From Helicobacter suis (GTDB lineage Bacteria > Campylobacterota > Campylobacteria > Campylobacterales > Helicobacteraceae), in contig NZ_CABIKE010000003.1 in assembly GCF_902196135.1 (NCBI RefSeq), positions 37,235 through 101,234 of the forward strand: 64,000 nucleotides of DNA. The letters are read 5' to 3'. Positions 39,573-51,140 of the stretch are shown here, piece after piece. The stretch's first letter is position 1. Every line of letters begins with the position of its first letter. A program made the position numbers and the translations under genes. The notes beneath the pieces were generated by a model. That model saw only the letters and a list, made by a program, of their open reading frames with translations, was not told the DNA's origin and did not search any database.

Positions 39573-41450
39573 ATGACTTTTAAGAGCAAAATTATTCTTT
39601 CACTGATAGTTCTTATCAGCTTATCTTCTATCGTGATTACCGCCGTTGCCACTTATCAAATACGAAAAGGGATTATGCAACGCACCCAAACATCTCTTTC
39701 TATGAGTGCTCATATTCTCTCTAATTTTTTAGAAGAGTGGGATAATAATATCCGCACAACTTTAGAAAGAACAGCCAAAACCTTTAATAATGTAGATTTA
39801 AGCGATACACCACGACTTAAAAAGATTCTAAGTTTTGTACAAGATGGCCTTCGATCAGCAGATGTACATGTGGCCTTTGAAGATGGGAGTATTATTAAAC
39901 TTGTTGGAGAAGCGCCTGAAGGGTATGATCCTAGAACTAGGGGGTGGTATCAATACACCAAAGAGCATAAAAGGCTTTTTGTTACCCAGCCTTATATGGA
40001 GCTTTTTACAAAAAAGATGGTAATCACTTATGCTCTGCCACTAATTCAGCATGGAGTTTTTAAAGGTGTTTTAGCCTCTGATATTTATCTAGCTGATGTG
40101 TTTCACTCTATCCGTAGGTCTTTTAAGCCTAACCAACGGATACACCTCATAGATCAAAAGGGCACGATTTTAAGCTCCTCTGTTTATAAAGAGGGCACAA
40201 AATACCACGCTAACGATCCACAATTTTTACAACGCATTCTATCCACCCCATCTGGCTTTTTTGAACAGCAAGAAAAAGACGGAGAAGTAAAATTTTATAT
40301 CTATGATACGATTAAGGGTTTAAATTGGAAATTTATCACCACAGTTATTAAAAAAGAAGCGCTTAAAGATTTATCAAGTATCCAGTTTTCTATGCTCAGT
40401 GGCGCATTTATTTTTTTAATTATCGCTTTGGTTGTCCTTTATGGTGTGATTCAAATCCTATTTAGACCCTTAGTTCAATTGCGTGATCTCATTGTTGGGC
40501 TTGCGTCCCAAGAGGGGGATTTAACCAAAAGATTAGCGGTTAAGGGAAAGGGCGAGATTGCGACTATCTCTGAAAATGTCAATAAACTTTTGGCTAAAAT
40601 ACAAGGGATTATCTCTAAAATTAAAGAAGTGAGTTCTGAGAACACTAAAATTGCTAACACCTTGCATGCTAGCTCTGTGAGTGTGCAAAAGCAAACCCAA
40701 GAGGAGAGTAAACTTATTGGGGTGGCTATGGAAAATAGTAATAATATCATTAACACGATTCTAAGCAGTGTTGCTAATGCAGATAATAACAATAAAAATC
40801 TATTGCAAACCGATAACACCCTAGAGGAGATTCGATCTAAAATCCAAATCTTGAGCAAGGATTTAGCCAATAATGCCCAACTCAGTGTAGAATTTTCTAA
40901 CAATCTAGAAGAAACCTCTAAAAATACCGAGAATATCAAGGCGGTTTTAACCATCATCTCTGATATTGCCGAACAAACTAATTTATTAGCCCTCAACGCA
41001 GCTATTGAGGCCGCACGGGCGGGTGAACATGGAAGAGGCTTTGCGGTGGTGGCCGATGAAGTCAGAAAGTTAGCCGAAAAAACCCAAAAAAGTTTAACTG
41101 AAATTCATAGTACGATTAATGAAGTGGTGCAAAGTGTGGGCGATATTAGCCAAAATCTACACACCAACTCCCAAGAAATCCTTAAAACTTCTGAACTCAC
41201 ACATTCTTTACAAGAAATGGTAGATTCTAATGTAAAAAATATTCAGGCTGTGATTAGTGCTACAACTCAAGATGTAGAGGAATTTAAAGGGGTGGCTAGC
41301 GCGGCTAAAGTGATTGTGAATGAAATTTCAGAGATTAATAAGCTGGCTAGTTTAAGCTATGAAAATGTGCAAGATGTGGGCAAGGCTAGCACTTCTTTAA
41401 ATGAAATGGCTAAAATCTTTGATACAGAACTGGGTAAGTTTAAGGTTTAA
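39573..41450 (+). CDS. Methyl-accepting chemotaxis protein with a periplasmic Cache-type sensor
   Basis: An N-terminal TM, a periplasmic domain of about 250 aa, a second TM, a HAMP domain and the highly conserved signalling domain ([32 protein letters not shown]) are present. Confidence 0.85.
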   Translation: MTFKSKIILSLIVLISLSSIVITAVATYQIRKGIMQRTQTSLSMSAHILSNFLEEWDNNIRTTLERTAKTFNNVDLSDTPRLKKILSFVQDGLRSADVHVAFEDGSIIKLVGEAPEGYDPRTRGWYQYTKEHKRLFVTQPYMELFTKKMVITYALPLIQHGVFKGVLASDIYLADVFHSIRRSFKPNQRIHLIDQKGTILSSSVYKEGTKYHANDPQFLQRILSTPSGFFEQQEKDGEVKFYIYDTIKGLNWKFITTVIKKEALKDLSSIQFSMLSGAFIFLIIALVVLYGVIQILFRPLVQLRDLIVGLASQEGDLTKRLAVKGKGEIATISENVNKLLAKIQGIISKIKEVSSENTKIANTLHASSVSVQKQTQEESKLIGVAMENSNNIINTILSSVANADNNNKNLLQTDNTLEEIRSKIQILSKDLANNAQLSVEFSNNLEETSKNTENIKAVLTIISDIAEQTNLLALNAAIEAARAGEHGRGFAVVADEVRKLAEKTQKSLTEIHSTINEVVQSVGDISQNLHTNSQEILKTSELTHSLQEMVDSNVKNIQAVISATTQDVEEFKGVASAAKVIVNEISEINKLASLSYENVQDVGKASTSLNEMAKIFDTELGKFKV

Positions 41451-41469
41451 TGTGCATGTAAAAAATTCT

Positions 41470-42012
41470 ATGGCTTATTTACGCGTTATTTTAGTAGGGT
41501 TGTTACTTATCTTAGGGGGGTGCTCAGATCATAAAAAGAAAAAGCAAGTACCACAAGAGAAAGTAGAAAAACAAACCCCGCCAACTTTTCACTTTTTAGA
41601 TCAACAACACCAAGAAATGCAGTTTAAAATAAACGATCAGACCCTAGAAATTAAGCCTACTAAAGTCATGCCAACTTTGATCATGGTTTTAGATTTAAGT
41701 CCGCAAATGTCCCCCTACACCCTTTTATTAGAGCATTTACAAAACCATTTTAAACAGGTGCGCTTTTTAGCTATTCTTAATAAGGCCTATCCTCAAGATC
41801 AATTAGATAGCTATGTCAAAGATCATGCCTTACACATTTCTTTACTTAATCCTATGGAAACAACTTCTTTTAGCGCGCGTTTTTCTTGGCCTCTGCCTTA
41901 TTTTTTACTCTATAACGCTAAAGGAGAGCTTTTACAAAACTACCACGGGGCTATTGTGGAGGAAATGTTGTCTAAAGACCTCCAAGATTTATTAGACAAT
42001 GAGGGAAAATAA
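41470..42012 (+). CDS. Putative lipoprotein
   Basis: ATG 41470 gives [20 protein letters not shown], a lipobox. The ORF track begins earlier, at 41401, overlapping the chemoreceptor gene. Confidence 0.5.
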   Translation: MAYLRVILVGLLLILGGCSDHKKKKQVPQEKVEKQTPPTFHFLDQQHQEMQFKINDQTLEIKPTKVMPTLIMVLDLSPQMSPYTLLLEHLQNHFKQVRFLAILNKAYPQDQLDSYVKDHALHISLLNPMETTSFSARFSWPLPYFLLYNAKGELLQNYHGAIVEEMLSKDLQDLLDNEGK

Positions 42013-42890
42013 TGTTTAACTTTTTTAAAAAAACAATCCAAAATGTCGCTTCTTTACTTAAAAATAAAGACGCCACTTTTAGCAAGGAAAGTATAGAGGA
42101 AATTTTAATTGGTTTTGATGTGCAATATGATTTAGTTGAAAAATTACTAGAACACCTACCCGAGCAAATCAAACGCAACCATTTAGAAGTGGCTTTAATG
42201 CGTTTTTTGCGCAAAGAAAGTTATTACGATAAAGTGAGTTTAAAACCCATTGAGAGTAAACCCTTAGTGTCTTTAATTTTAGGGGTCAATGGAGCGGGCA
42301 AAACCACTACCATTGCTAAACTCGCTAAAAAACACCTTTTAAACGGGCAAAAGGTGATCTTAGGAGCGGGGGATACTTTTAGAGCGGCTGCGGTTAAACA
42401 ACTCCAACTTTGGGGGGAAAAGTTACAACTAGAAGTTATTAGTGCGGGGCAAAATAGCGATCCTAGTGCACTGGCTTATAACACCATAGAAGCCGGCACA
42501 GCAAGAGGCATGGATCAAATTATCATTGATACTGCCGGGAGATTACATAACCAAACTAATCTTAAAAACGAGTTATTAAAAATCTCTAAAGTTTGTTCTA
42601 AGGCTTTAAAGGGCGCGCCCTATTATAAAATCTTGATTTTAGATGGTACGCAAGGTAGTTCAGCTTTAGAGCAGGCTAAAATTTTCCATGAAAGCTTAGA
42701 ATTAGACGGGGTGATTGTAACTAAGCTTGATGGCACAAGTAAGGGGGGGTGTATTTTGAGTATTCTTTATGAATTACAATTACCTATTTTGTATTTAGGT
42801 GTAGGGGAAAAAGAAGATGATTTAATTGTCTTTGAGGAGAGGGAATATATTAAAAGCCTCTTAGATGCGATCTTTAAAACCGATGGCTAA
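42012..42890 (+). CDS. ftsY: Signal-recognition-particle receptor FtsY (short form, NG domain only)
   Basis: GTPase motifs [15 protein letters not shown] and TKLDG are present. Confidence 0.9.
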   Translation: MFNFFKKTIQNVASLLKNKDATFSKESIEEILIGFDVQYDLVEKLLEHLPEQIKRNHLEVALMRFLRKESYYDKVSLKPIESKPLVSLILGVNGAGKTTTIAKLAKKHLLNGQKVILGAGDTFRAAAVKQLQLWGEKLQLEVISAGQNSDPSALAYNTIEAGTARGMDQIIIDTAGRLHNQTNLKNELLKISKVCSKALKGAPYYKILILDGTQGSSALEQAKIFHESLELDGVIVTKLDGTSKGGCILSILYELQLPILYLGVGEKEDDLIVFEEREYIKSLLDAIFKTDG

Positions 42891-44214
42891 AAAATCCCGT
42901 GTTTTTGAGTGCCAACATTGCGGGTTTATTAGCCCTAAGTGGCTAGGTAAATGCAATAATTGTAACCAATGGGAAAGTTTTATAGAGCACAGCACAGAGA
43001 AAATTAAAAGCTCTTCTTCTAAAGATGTATCTATGCCTGTTTCTATTGCTAGCATAGAACATGAAAGAATTAGTGCCTTTAGCTCTACCCAATTAGAATT
43101 AGACATTGTTTTAGGTGGGGGGATTGTACCGGGTGGGTTATATTTAATTGGAGGTAGCCCGGGGGTGGGTAAATCTACTTTGCTATTAAAAGTAGCTGGC
43201 GGGTTAGCTAAAGAGGGTTATTCCGTCTTGTATGTGAGTGGGGAGGAGAGTGCAGGACAGATTCGTTTAAGAGCGGAGCGCTTAAAATGCGTGCAAGAAG
43301 AGCTGTATTTACTCAATGAAATTAATTTAGATGTGATTAAAACTAGTTTATGTGCTAAAAATTATGCTATTTGTGTGATTGATTCGATTCAAACCCTCTA
43401 TTCAAGCGCTATTAGCGCAGCCCCGGGCTCTATTTCTCAGGTACGCGAAATCACCTTTGAACTCATGCGCTTAGCTAAACAAGAACAAATCGCGATTTTT
43501 ATCATCGGGCATATCACTAAAGAGGGCTCTATTGCCGGGCCTAGAGTACTTGAACACATGGTTGATAGTGTGCTTTACTTTGAGGGCGATCCAAGTAGAG
43601 AACTGCGCATTTTACGCAGCTTTAAAAACCGCTTTGGCGCGACTAGCGAGGTGGGTATTTTTCAAATGCACCAAGAGGGTTTGATCAGCGCTAAGGAAGC
43701 CTCTAGACTTTTTTTTTCACAAAAAGAGAGTTTGGCGGGTAGTGCGCTAAGTGTTGTTTTAGAGGGTTCGCGCGCGCTTATTTTAGAAATACAAGCCCTT
43801 GTATGCGAAAGCTCTTTGAATAATCCTAAACGCTTAGCCACTAGCTTTGATACTAACCGCTTACACATGCTCTTAGCTTTATTAGAGAAAAAATTAGAAA
43901 TCCCGCTTAATCGTTACGATGTTTTTATTAATGTCTCTGGAGGGATTAAAATTAGCGAAACAAGCGCGGATTTGGCCGTGATTGCAAGTATTTTATCTAG
44001 CTTTAGAAACCGCCCCATTAGCAATAAAACAGCCTTTATTGGAGAAGTAGGCTTAACTGGATCTTTACAAGAAGTGCCTAACTTGAATGTGCGTTTAAAA
44101 GAGATGGAAAACTATGGTTTTTTAAAGGCCATTGTGCCTAAAAAGCCTAATATTACAACCTCCATTGCTTGCTATGAAGCTAAAGATGTGTCTAAGATCA
44201 TTGAGTGGATGTAA
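42883..44214 (+). CDS. radA: DNA repair protein RadA/Sms
   Basis: An N-terminal C4 zinc finger (CQHCGF...CNNC), Walker [11 protein letters not shown], a KNRFG motif and a C-terminal Lon-like domain are present. The start was chosen at [10 protein letters not shown]. Confidence 0.9.
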   Translation: MAKKSRVFECQHCGFISPKWLGKCNNCNQWESFIEHSTEKIKSSSSKDVSMPVSIASIEHERISAFSSTQLELDIVLGGGIVPGGLYLIGGSPGVGKSTLLLKVAGGLAKEGYSVLYVSGEESAGQIRLRAERLKCVQEELYLLNEINLDVIKTSLCAKNYAICVIDSIQTLYSSAISAAPGSISQVREITFELMRLAKQEQIAIFIIGHITKEGSIAGPRVLEHMVDSVLYFEGDPSRELRILRSFKNRFGATSEVGIFQMHQEGLISAKEASRLFFSQKESLAGSALSVVLEGSRALILEIQALVCESSLNNPKRLATSFDTNRLHMLLALLEKKLEIPLNRYDVFINVSGGIKISETSADLAVIASILSSFRNRPISNKTAFIGEVGLTGSLQEVPNLNVRLKEMENYGFLKAIVPKKPNITTSIACYEAKDVSKIIEWM

Positions 44215-44231
44215 AACCACCCCTTTAAATT

Positions 44232-44256
44232 CCAAGCAAAACGCGCTTGTTTTTTG
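44232..44256 (+). terminator. Possible rho-independent terminator after radA
   Basis: A short stem caagc-aaaacgc-gcttg is followed by T6. Confidence 0.35.
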
Positions 44257-44593
44257 GTTGGCTATAGCTATGAAGTACCCACACTTATAGACAGACTGCA
44301 TTAATGCTAAAGCTAACCACTTCTACTATGTAAAGAAAGTGAAATTTTTACCAAAAAATTATTATTGCTCTAATTTCTTAGTCTTAGGCATTTGACACAC
44401 CCCCACGCTCAAGCTAGGGAAATGATAGAATTATCAAAATTAAGTAAAGCTGTGGTTCTACTCTTTAGTTTGTTTAAAATTTATGCCTAGCACTTGTTAA
44501 TTTGGCAAATGTAAAAATCTCTATTCTTGGGGTAGCTTATGGTGGTTTAATTATCTAAGTTATAATAGGGATTTGATCTTGTTTTAGGGGTGA

Positions 44594-45034
44594 TTGATGG
44601 CTGCTATTTATCCTTATGTCTTGATCGTCCATTTGATTTGTGCCATTATTTTTATCGGCTATTTGTTTTTTGATGTGGTGATTTTCCCCAATGTTAAACG
44701 GCTTTTTGGCGAAGAGATTGCACAAAAGGCCGCTCAAGGCATTAGTCAGAGAGCCATTAAAATCATGCCTCTTTGTGTGCTGTTGCTCTTAATAACGGGG
44801 GGTATGATGGTAAGCCAGTATATGGGTGGAGATAAGGGATTTTTTAACACTCCCTTTCAAAAACTTCTGATGCTTAAAATCTTTCTAGCTTGTTTAATTT
44901 TTGCAATGGTAGGCACTGCACTTACTTGTAAATTTCTAGGTAAGCCCAATCCTCTAGGCTCAATTATCCATCCAGCGGTTTTAACTCTAGGCGCTTTGAT
45001 TATCATTTGTGCTAAACTCATGTGGTTTGTTTGA
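44594..45034 (+). CDS. Small integral membrane protein (4 predicted TM), function unknown
   Basis: The 146-aa protein is hydrophobic. Its 380-nt upstream intergenic region is the longest in the window. Confidence 0.4.
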   Translation: MMAAIYPYVLIVHLICAIIFIGYLFFDVVIFPNVKRLFGEEIAQKAAQGISQRAIKIMPLCVLLLLITGGMMVSQYMGGDKGFFNTPFQKLLMLKIFLACLIFAMVGTALTCKFLGKPNPLGSIIHPAVLTLGALIIICAKLMWFV

Positions 45035-45083
45035 TGCGTTTTACCTACACTATCTTTCTCTTGCATAATCTTAAACTCTTTAT

Positions 45084-46589
45084 TTGGCACGCGTTTTTGA
45101 GGCGCTGTGCTTAAGTGGTTTTAGTGGCGGTGTGAGAGGAGAGGGTGAAAGGAAACTTGTGGAAAATGAAACATTAAAACGCGATATTAAACTACGGCAA
45201 TTACTCATGATTGCCTTAGGCGGGACGATTGGAACGGGCTTATTTGTAGGGACGGGGGGCAATATTGCTAATGCTGGACCCTTGGGGACTTTGATTGCCT
45301 ATTTAATAGGGGGCGTGATTGTCTACTCCATTGTTTTATCTTTAGGGGAGTTAGCCAGTGTCTACCCTTCAACCGGAAGTTTTGGGGATTATGCGAGTCG
45401 CTTTATTGGCCCTGCAACAGGCTACATGGTGTTTTGGGTGTATTGGGTGGGCTGGATTATCTCTGTAGCTGTGGAATACATCGCGGTGGGGTTTTTAATG
45501 CAAAGATGGTTTCCCCATGTCCCTGTTTATTACTGGGTGAGTGCTTGCTTTGTACTTATTTTTGTACTTAATTCCTTATCTGTGCGTATTTTTGCTGAGG
45601 GGGAGTTTTTTTTAGCCTCTATTAAGGTTTTAGCTGTCTTTATTTTTATTGTTTTAGGCGTGATTGGGATTTTATACCAAGCGTATTTACATGGTTTAGG
45701 CAGTGTTTTACATAATTTTTATTTCAGTGCTGATTCCATCCATCACCTCAACCCCGGATTGTTCCCTAAGGGGAGTTATGCCATTTTTGGGGTTGTTTTA
45801 GCCGTGATCTTTGCTTATACAGGCACAGAAATTATTGGCGTAGCTGTGGGTGAAACTAAAGATCCAAGTTCTGTGATGCCAAAAGCGATTAAGGCTACAT
45901 TATGGCGCATTGTCTTTTTCTTTCTAGGCTCTGTTTTTATCATTTCTGTTTTTTTGCCCATGACCGATTCAAGTATTTCACAAAGCCCCTTTGTCAACAC
46001 ACTAGAGCGTATCCCTTTGCCCTTTTTAGGTACGGGTATTCCCTACGCCGCAGATATTATGAATTTTGTCATCATTACCGCTATTCTTTCTACAGCTAAC
46101 TCCGGTGTTTATGCTTCTAGCCGTATGATTTATGGTTTAGCCCAAAAAAAGATGTTTTTCCCTCTTTTTGCTAAACTCAATAACAAAGGAACACCTGTTT
46201 ATGCGGTTTATCTTTCTATGGCATTTACCTGTTTGGGCATGCTCACTAAAATTTATGCACCCGAAAAAATCATTGAAGCCCTCATTAATCTTATTAGTTT
46301 TACCGTTATTATTGTCTGGATTAGTGTGAGCATCGCGCAGTATAATTTCCGTAAACAATTTATCGCCTCAGGCAAATCTCTTAATGATTTACCCTACCGC
46401 GCTCCATTTTTACCCTTAATCCAGTTTGTAGGAATTAGCGGGTGTGTTGTGGGGGTGATTGGGGCTTATATAGACCCTGAACAGCGCATTGGGGCTTATG
46501 CGACTTTGATCTATGTGTTTTTCTGCTATATTGCCTATTATGCAACCAAGAATAGATGGGGGTATTGCCCTCAAATGGGGCTAGATTAA
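45084..46589 (+). CDS. APC-family amino-acid permease (RocE/lysine-arginine permease-like)
   Basis: 12 TM. The N-terminal LKRDIKLRQLLMIALGGTIGTGLFVGTG consensus is present. The true start is probably downstream of 45084. Confidence 0.8.
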   Translation: MARVFEALCLSGFSGGVRGEGERKLVENETLKRDIKLRQLLMIALGGTIGTGLFVGTGGNIANAGPLGTLIAYLIGGVIVYSIVLSLGELASVYPSTGSFGDYASRFIGPATGYMVFWVYWVGWIISVAVEYIAVGFLMQRWFPHVPVYYWVSACFVLIFVLNSLSVRIFAEGEFFLASIKVLAVFIFIVLGVIGILYQAYLHGLGSVLHNFYFSADSIHHLNPGLFPKGSYAIFGVVLAVIFAYTGTEIIGVAVGETKDPSSVMPKAIKATLWRIVFFFLGSVFIISVFLPMTDSSISQSPFVNTLERIPLPFLGTGIPYAADIMNFVIITAILSTANSGVYASSRMIYGLAQKKMFFPLFAKLNNKGTPVYAVYLSMAFTCLGMLTKIYAPEKIIEALINLISFTVIIVWISVSIAQYNFRKQFIASGKSLNDLPYRAPFLPLIQFVGISGCVVGVIGAYIDPEQRIGAYATLIYVFFCYIAYYATKNRWGYCPQMGLD

Positions 46590-46643
46590 ACAAAGTTTAG
46601 CTATACTGGGGCGGTTTGTGTGTAAAAATAATTTAAAGGATGT

Positions 46644-48071
46644 TTGATGAGGTTTATGGCGTTAAGTACAGCATTAGCCGTAGCGCTAGGGGCTGCTACG
46701 ATTAATATCCAAAACATGCCACCGGTACAAAAGCGCGTAGGTGCAGATAGTGGGAATAGTACTATCTATTCCTACCATGATTCTGTCAAAGAGGCAACTA
46801 AGGCTGTTGTAAATATTTCTACCCAAAAGAAAATCAAGAGCAATTTCATGGGTGGGGGAATGTTTAACGATCCTTTCTTCCAGCAATTTTTTGGGGATTT
46901 ATACAACGCTATCCCTAAAGATCGCATAGAAAGGGCTTTAGGGAGTGGGGTGATCATTTCTAAAAATGGCTACATTGTTACTAATAACCATGTCATTGAC
47001 GGGGCTGATAAAATTTCTGTAACCATTCCGGGGAGCAATAAAGAATATTCTGCTACTTTAGTTGGTACAGATGCAGATAGCGATTTGGCCGTCATTAAAA
47101 TCAATAAAGAAAACCTACCTGTGATCCAGTTTTCAGATAGCAGTACAACTTTAGTAGGGGATTTAGTTTTTGCGATTGGTAATCCTTTTGGAGTGGGTGA
47201 AACCGTAACACAAGGCATTGTCTCAGCTTTAAACAAAACCGGAATTGGGATTAATAATTATGAAAACTTTATCCAAACCGATGCGGCGATTAATCCGGGT
47301 AACTCCGGGGGGGCATTAATTGATAGTCGCGGGGGATTAGTAGGCATTAATACCGCTATCTTATCTCGCACGGGGGGTAATCACGGCGTAGGTTTTGCCA
47401 TTCCTTCTAACACAGTTAAACACATTGCAACCCAGCTTATTAGAACCGGTACGATTCATAGGGGCTATTTGGGTGTAGGGATTCAAGATGTGAGTAGCGA
47501 GTTACAAGATAGCTATAATGGTAAAGAAGGGGCTGTTGTGATTAGCATTGAAAAAGACTCACCGGCTAAAAAAGCGGGTTTGATGATCTGGGATTTAATC
47601 ACTGAGGTAAATGGTAAAAGGGTCAAAAATGCGGCTGAATTGCGCAATCTCATTGGCTCTCTTGCACCTAACCAACACATCACCATTAAATACATACGCA
47701 ACAAGCGAGAATACACAACAAGTCTTGTATTAGCTGAGCGCAAAAATCCCAATAAAAGAGAGACTAGTACAACCCATGAGGGCGTAAATGGCCAATTAAG
47801 CGGCATTAAAGTTGAAACCCTCACCCCTAGATTACGCAAAGAAGCGCACATTCCTGAAAATATCCATGGCGTGTTTATCCAAGATGTTAAGGATAATTCT
47901 AAAGCTCAAGAATTAGGCTTTAGACAAGGAGATGTGATCATGCAAATTGAAAATGTCAGCATTAGAAATATTGAGGATTTCAACCGTGCGCTTACACGCT
48001 ATAGAAATATGACTAAACGCTTCTTGGTTTTTGATCCAAATAGAGGCTATAAACAAATTGTGGCTAAGTGA
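46644..48071 (+). CDS. htrA: Periplasmic serine protease/chaperone HtrA (DegP/DegQ)
   Basis: A signal peptide, catalytic His (TNNHVI), Asp and GNSGGAL Ser motif, and two PDZ domains are present. Confidence 0.9.
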   Translation: MMRFMALSTALAVALGAATINIQNMPPVQKRVGADSGNSTIYSYHDSVKEATKAVVNISTQKKIKSNFMGGGMFNDPFFQQFFGDLYNAIPKDRIERALGSGVIISKNGYIVTNNHVIDGADKISVTIPGSNKEYSATLVGTDADSDLAVIKINKENLPVIQFSDSSTTLVGDLVFAIGNPFGVGETVTQGIVSALNKTGIGINNYENFIQTDAAINPGNSGGALIDSRGGLVGINTAILSRTGGNHGVGFAIPSNTVKHIATQLIRTGTIHRGYLGVGIQDVSSELQDSYNGKEGAVVISIEKDSPAKKAGLMIWDLITEVNGKRVKNAAELRNLIGSLAPNQHITIKYIRNKREYTTSLVLAERKNPNKRETSTTHEGVNGQLSGIKVETLTPRLRKEAHIPENIHGVFIQDVKDNSKAQELGFRQGDVIMQIENVSIRNIEDFNRALTRYRNMTKRFLVFDPNRGYKQIVAK

Positions 48072-49966
48072 GTGTTTTAACTCAGGAGGGGATTTCTGAG
48101 GAAAAAATAGGGGCGTGTTTTAGAGATAATTTGACTTTCTTTAAAGCGCATTTGCCTAAGCTTTACGCTAAACTTTTACCCCCCCCCACTCTTTATAATC
48201 TCCTCTATGATGTAGGTGGGATCAATATTCTTAATCTTACAAATGGTACTTTACTCTTCCCTTGTTTAGAGGGCAAGCACCAGATGTTAGCCATCTCAAA
48301 AGACTGGGCAGAGCATATTTTAAATAACCCAAAATGGCAACTCCATGATAATGGGGTGAGTTTAGGCCCAAGTACGCTTTCTTTAACCAATCAAGCCTGC
48401 CAAGCTATAATTGAAGTGGTTAGTACCTATCCTTGTAGCCAAGAATACCATTTAGGACGAAATTTTTACCCGCCTACGGCTATTTATGGGCTAGCTGGAG
48501 GGCTATTTTTAGCTTTGTTATTAGAACAGGGGGCTTTTTTCCACGCGCTTTATCTTTTTGAAGAGCATATAGATTTGCTGCGCATTAGCTGTTACTTTAT
48601 CAATTATAGGCAATTGTTTAACACAACCCCCCCAAATAGCTGTGTGATTAGTCTTGAAAAGCTAAATGTTAATCTATTCCAGCATATTTTTACTCATAAA
48701 AAAATCACGCATAGTTTTTTACATTTAGAATTTGACCCCTATAAAGACAAGATAAGCCAAGAAATAGCCCACCGCTTTAACATGGCTAAAAAAAGCGCCT
48801 TAAGGGGTTGGGGTAGCTTTGAAGATGAGATGTTGGGTTTAAATAACACTTTAGAAAATTTCAAGTACAACCCCTCTTTACTCCACCCAAAAAGAATCAA
48901 GCGCATAGAAATGCCTATTTGTGTTGTGGGTAATGGACCTAGTTTAAATAATCTACTTCCCTTTTTAAAAGAACATGCTAAAGAAATGGTGATCTTTAGT
49001 TGCGGTACAGCGCTTAAGGTACTTAAATCGCATGGGATTTTGGTAGATTTTCAAGTTGAAATTGAACGCATTAGTTACTTAAAAGAAGTGTTATTAAACG
49101 CTCCCCTAGGTGATACTCCTTTGATGTGTGCTAATATGATCAATCCAGAAGCTTTAAAATTAGCCAAAGAATCTTACATGTTCATGCGTGGAGGGAGCGC
49201 TAGCGGGTATATTTACCCACATTTAAGCGTAGAATATAGCGCACCCTTTGTAGGTAATGCCGGAGTAGCGCTAGCTAGCCTATTTAGTTCTACTTTAATT
49301 TTATGCGGGTTAGATTGTGGTTATATAGAAGGACAGAGCAAACATGCCAAAGGCTCTTATTATGGGGTTGAAAAGCCCTCTATCCCTCCTGATACCCTAG
49401 AGGTGCGTTCTAATTTTGAAGACACAAGAGTATTTAGCGATGGGTTATTTTTGCTCTCTCAAATGCAAATGTCTGCGCTATTTGCCAAACAAAAAATGCG
49501 GGTTTATAATCTTTCTAGCGGGGCTTTTATCAAGCATACAATCCCTACCCACCCACAAGATTTACATTTTAAACCTTATCAAAAATCCAAAGCTATCCGG
49601 CACATCAAACAAGCCTTTAAAAAAAATCAATCCCCCACTCTTTGCATAACTCCCCTAGAAACTTTTCAAACAAAACTAAAGGCTCTCTTACAAACCTCTA
49701 TTACAAGTAAAAAAGACTTGTATCACTTAATAGATTGTATCAGTACTTTGAGTGTCAAAAGTATTCAAGAAGAACCTTTAGCCGGTATTCTCTTAGAGGG
49801 CTCTTTATCGCATATATGTTTACACATGCTTGTCTCTTCTTTACACCTCAAACAAAGCGACATCCCTAGTTTTTATGCACAGGCTAAAGAAATCCTATTA
49901 TCCACTTTAGAGAAAATGATAGGGCGCTACCGCTGGCAAGTTTTGCAGCATAAAAGCAAAATCTAG
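48068..49966 (+). CDS. Motility accessory factor (Maf/DUF115; flagellin nonulosonate glycosyltransferase family)
   Basis: The 632-aa protein has a central VVGNGPSLNNL motif typical of Maf/MptE-like proteins. C9 and C7 homopolymers lie in the coding sequence. Confidence 0.65.
   Translation: MSVLTQEGISEEKIGACFRDNLTFFKAHLPKLYAKLLPPPTLYNLLYDVGGINILNLTNGTLLFPCLEGKHQMLAISKDWAEHILNNPKWQLHDNGVSLGPSTLSLTNQACQAIIEVVSTYPCSQEYHLGRNFYPPTAIYGLAGGLFLALLLEQGAFFHALYLFEEHIDLLRISCYFINYRQLFNTTPPNSCVISLEKLNVNLFQHIFTHKKITHSFLHLEFDPYKDKISQEIAHRFNMAKKSALRGWGSFEDEMLGLNNTLENFKYNPSLLHPKRIKRIEMPICVVGNGPSLNNLLPFLKEHAKEMVIFSCGTALKVLKSHGILVDFQVEIERISYLKEVLLNAPLGDTPLMCANMINPEALKLAKESYMFMRGGSASGYIYPHLSVEYSAPFVGNAGVALASLFSSTLILCGLDCGYIEGQSKHAKGSYYGVEKPSIPPDTLEVRSNFEDTRVFSDGLFLLSQMQMSALFAKQKMRVYNLSSGAFIKHTIPTHPQDLHFKPYQKSKAIRHIKQAFKKNQSPTLCITPLETFQTKLKALLQTSITSKKDLYHLIDCISTLSVKSIQEEPLAGILLEGSLSHICLHMLVSSLHLKQSDIPSFYAQAKEILLSTLEKMIGRYRWQVLQHKSKI
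48179..48187 (+). repeat. Homopolymeric C9 inside the maf-like ORF (encodes LPPPT)
   Basis: Counted 9 C at 48179-48187. A second C7 is at 48612-48618. Confidence 0.85.
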
Positions 49967-50268
49967 GGCATGTTTTCAATATTGTATTTGTAGCGCTGTT
50001 TTTCTAACTCAAGCTCAAGGCGGTGTTTTTCCTCTTGAAGTAATTCTTTTTGGCTAGATAACTTTTGAATCACGCGGCTAGTGTAATAAATATTATTGGT
50101 TAAATAAATTTTAGGGGTAAAAAGAATCAAAGCAATAAATAACATGCCCAAAACCACCGCCAAAGAGGCAGGAGAAAGTCCTTGTCGCTCTTTTTGCTCA
50201 TGTGCAAATAAAGCCTCCCGCTCTTTATTGCTAGTTCTAAGACGCCTCTCCTCTGTCTCTTCAATCAC
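49963..50268 (-). CDS. Small bitopic protein downstream of rsmH, FtsL-like by position
   Basis: The 101-aa protein has a single TM (LAVVLGMLFIALILF) and a coiled-coil tail. The classic mraW-ftsL arrangement. Confidence 0.35.
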   Translation of the reverse strand: MIEETEERRLRTSNKEREALFAHEQKERQGLSPASLAVVLGMLFIALILFTPKIYLTNNIYYTSRVIQKLSSQKELLQEEKHRLELELEKQRYKYNIENMP

Positions 50269-50270
50269 CC

Positions 50271-51140
50271 TTAAGCCCCTTTGAAATAAAACGCGCGCAT
50301 TTTAGCACTCCGCGCACGCCTATTCTCTTGAATTGCCTTTTTACTAGGAATAATGGGTTTTTTAAAGAGCAAAACCCCTCTGTTTTGCGCCCATTCTTTA
50401 AAGGCGTGTTTGACTTTTCTATCCTCTAAAGAGTGGAAAGAGATGATACATACAATCGCCTCCTCTAAACTTTGCACACACTCTAAAAGCTGATCTAAAT
50501 TGTGCATTTCTGAGTTAACTTCCATTCTAATAGCCTGAAAGATCAAGGTAGCGGGGTGGTGCTTGCTATGGCGGCTATGCTGGCTTATAAAATCTGCAAA
50601 GTCTTTGGCGCTATAAAAGGGTCTATTTTGCACAATCAGATTAGCCATTTTCTTAGGCGCATATACCTCTCCTGCTTGCAAAATCTTTTCTAAGGCATAG
50701 GTGCTATAGGTGTTAATCACTTTAGAGGCATCTAAGCTTTGATGAGTGTCCATACGCATATCTAAAGTGGGGGCGTTAAAACTAAAACCACGATCTAAAC
50801 GATCTAATTGTAAAGAACTCACCCCCAAATCTGCTAAAACCCCACAAATACGATTTTCCTTTAAAAGAGAGGGTAGAATAGTCGCAAAATTCCCGCTTTT
50901 AAAGGAAAAACGATGTGCAAAGGGTGTGAGCTTTTCTAAGGCTTGCTCACTAGCCTCTTTATCTCTTTCTATGCCAATAACGCGCAGATTTGGGTAGGTT
51001 TGGAGTAAGGCTAGGGTATGCCCGCCTAAACCTAGAGTGCAGTCTATTAAAACAGGCTCTAAATGGGATTTAATCACTTCTTGAAAAATAGCAACAACTT
51101 CTTCTAATAAAACACTTTGGTGCAGATACTTTCCTTTTAT
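50271..51140 (-). CDS. rsmH: 16S rRNA m4C1402 methyltransferase RsmH (MraW); 5' end uncertain
   Basis: SAM motifs IDCTLGLGGHT and DLGVSSLQLD are present. The ORF track extends to 51209, but that N-terminal extension overlaps rnpB. No canonical start codon lies near the conserved LHQSVLL N-terminus. Confidence 0.8.
   Translation of the reverse strand: MKGKYLHQSVLLEEVVAIFQEVIKSHLEPVLIDCTLGLGGHTLALLQTYPNLRVIGIERDKEASEQALEKLTPFAHRFSFKSGNFATILPSLLKENRICGVLADLGVSSLQLDRLDRGFSFNAPTLDMRMDTHQSLDASKVINTYSTYALEKILQAGEVYAPKKMANLIVQNRPFYSAKDFADFISQHSRHSKHHPATLIFQAIRMEVNSEMHNLDQLLECVQSLEEAIVCIISFHSLEDRKVKHAFKEWAQNRGVLLFKKPIIPSKKAIQENRRARSAKMRAFYFKGA

Noticed and set aside
47296..47302. G7 runs in htrA (GNSGGAL), ccdA-adjacent dihydroorotase (27483-27489) and lipoprotein signal (41511-41517)
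   Set aside because: They are short, in frame and in conserved motifs. They are not considered phase-variation candidates.
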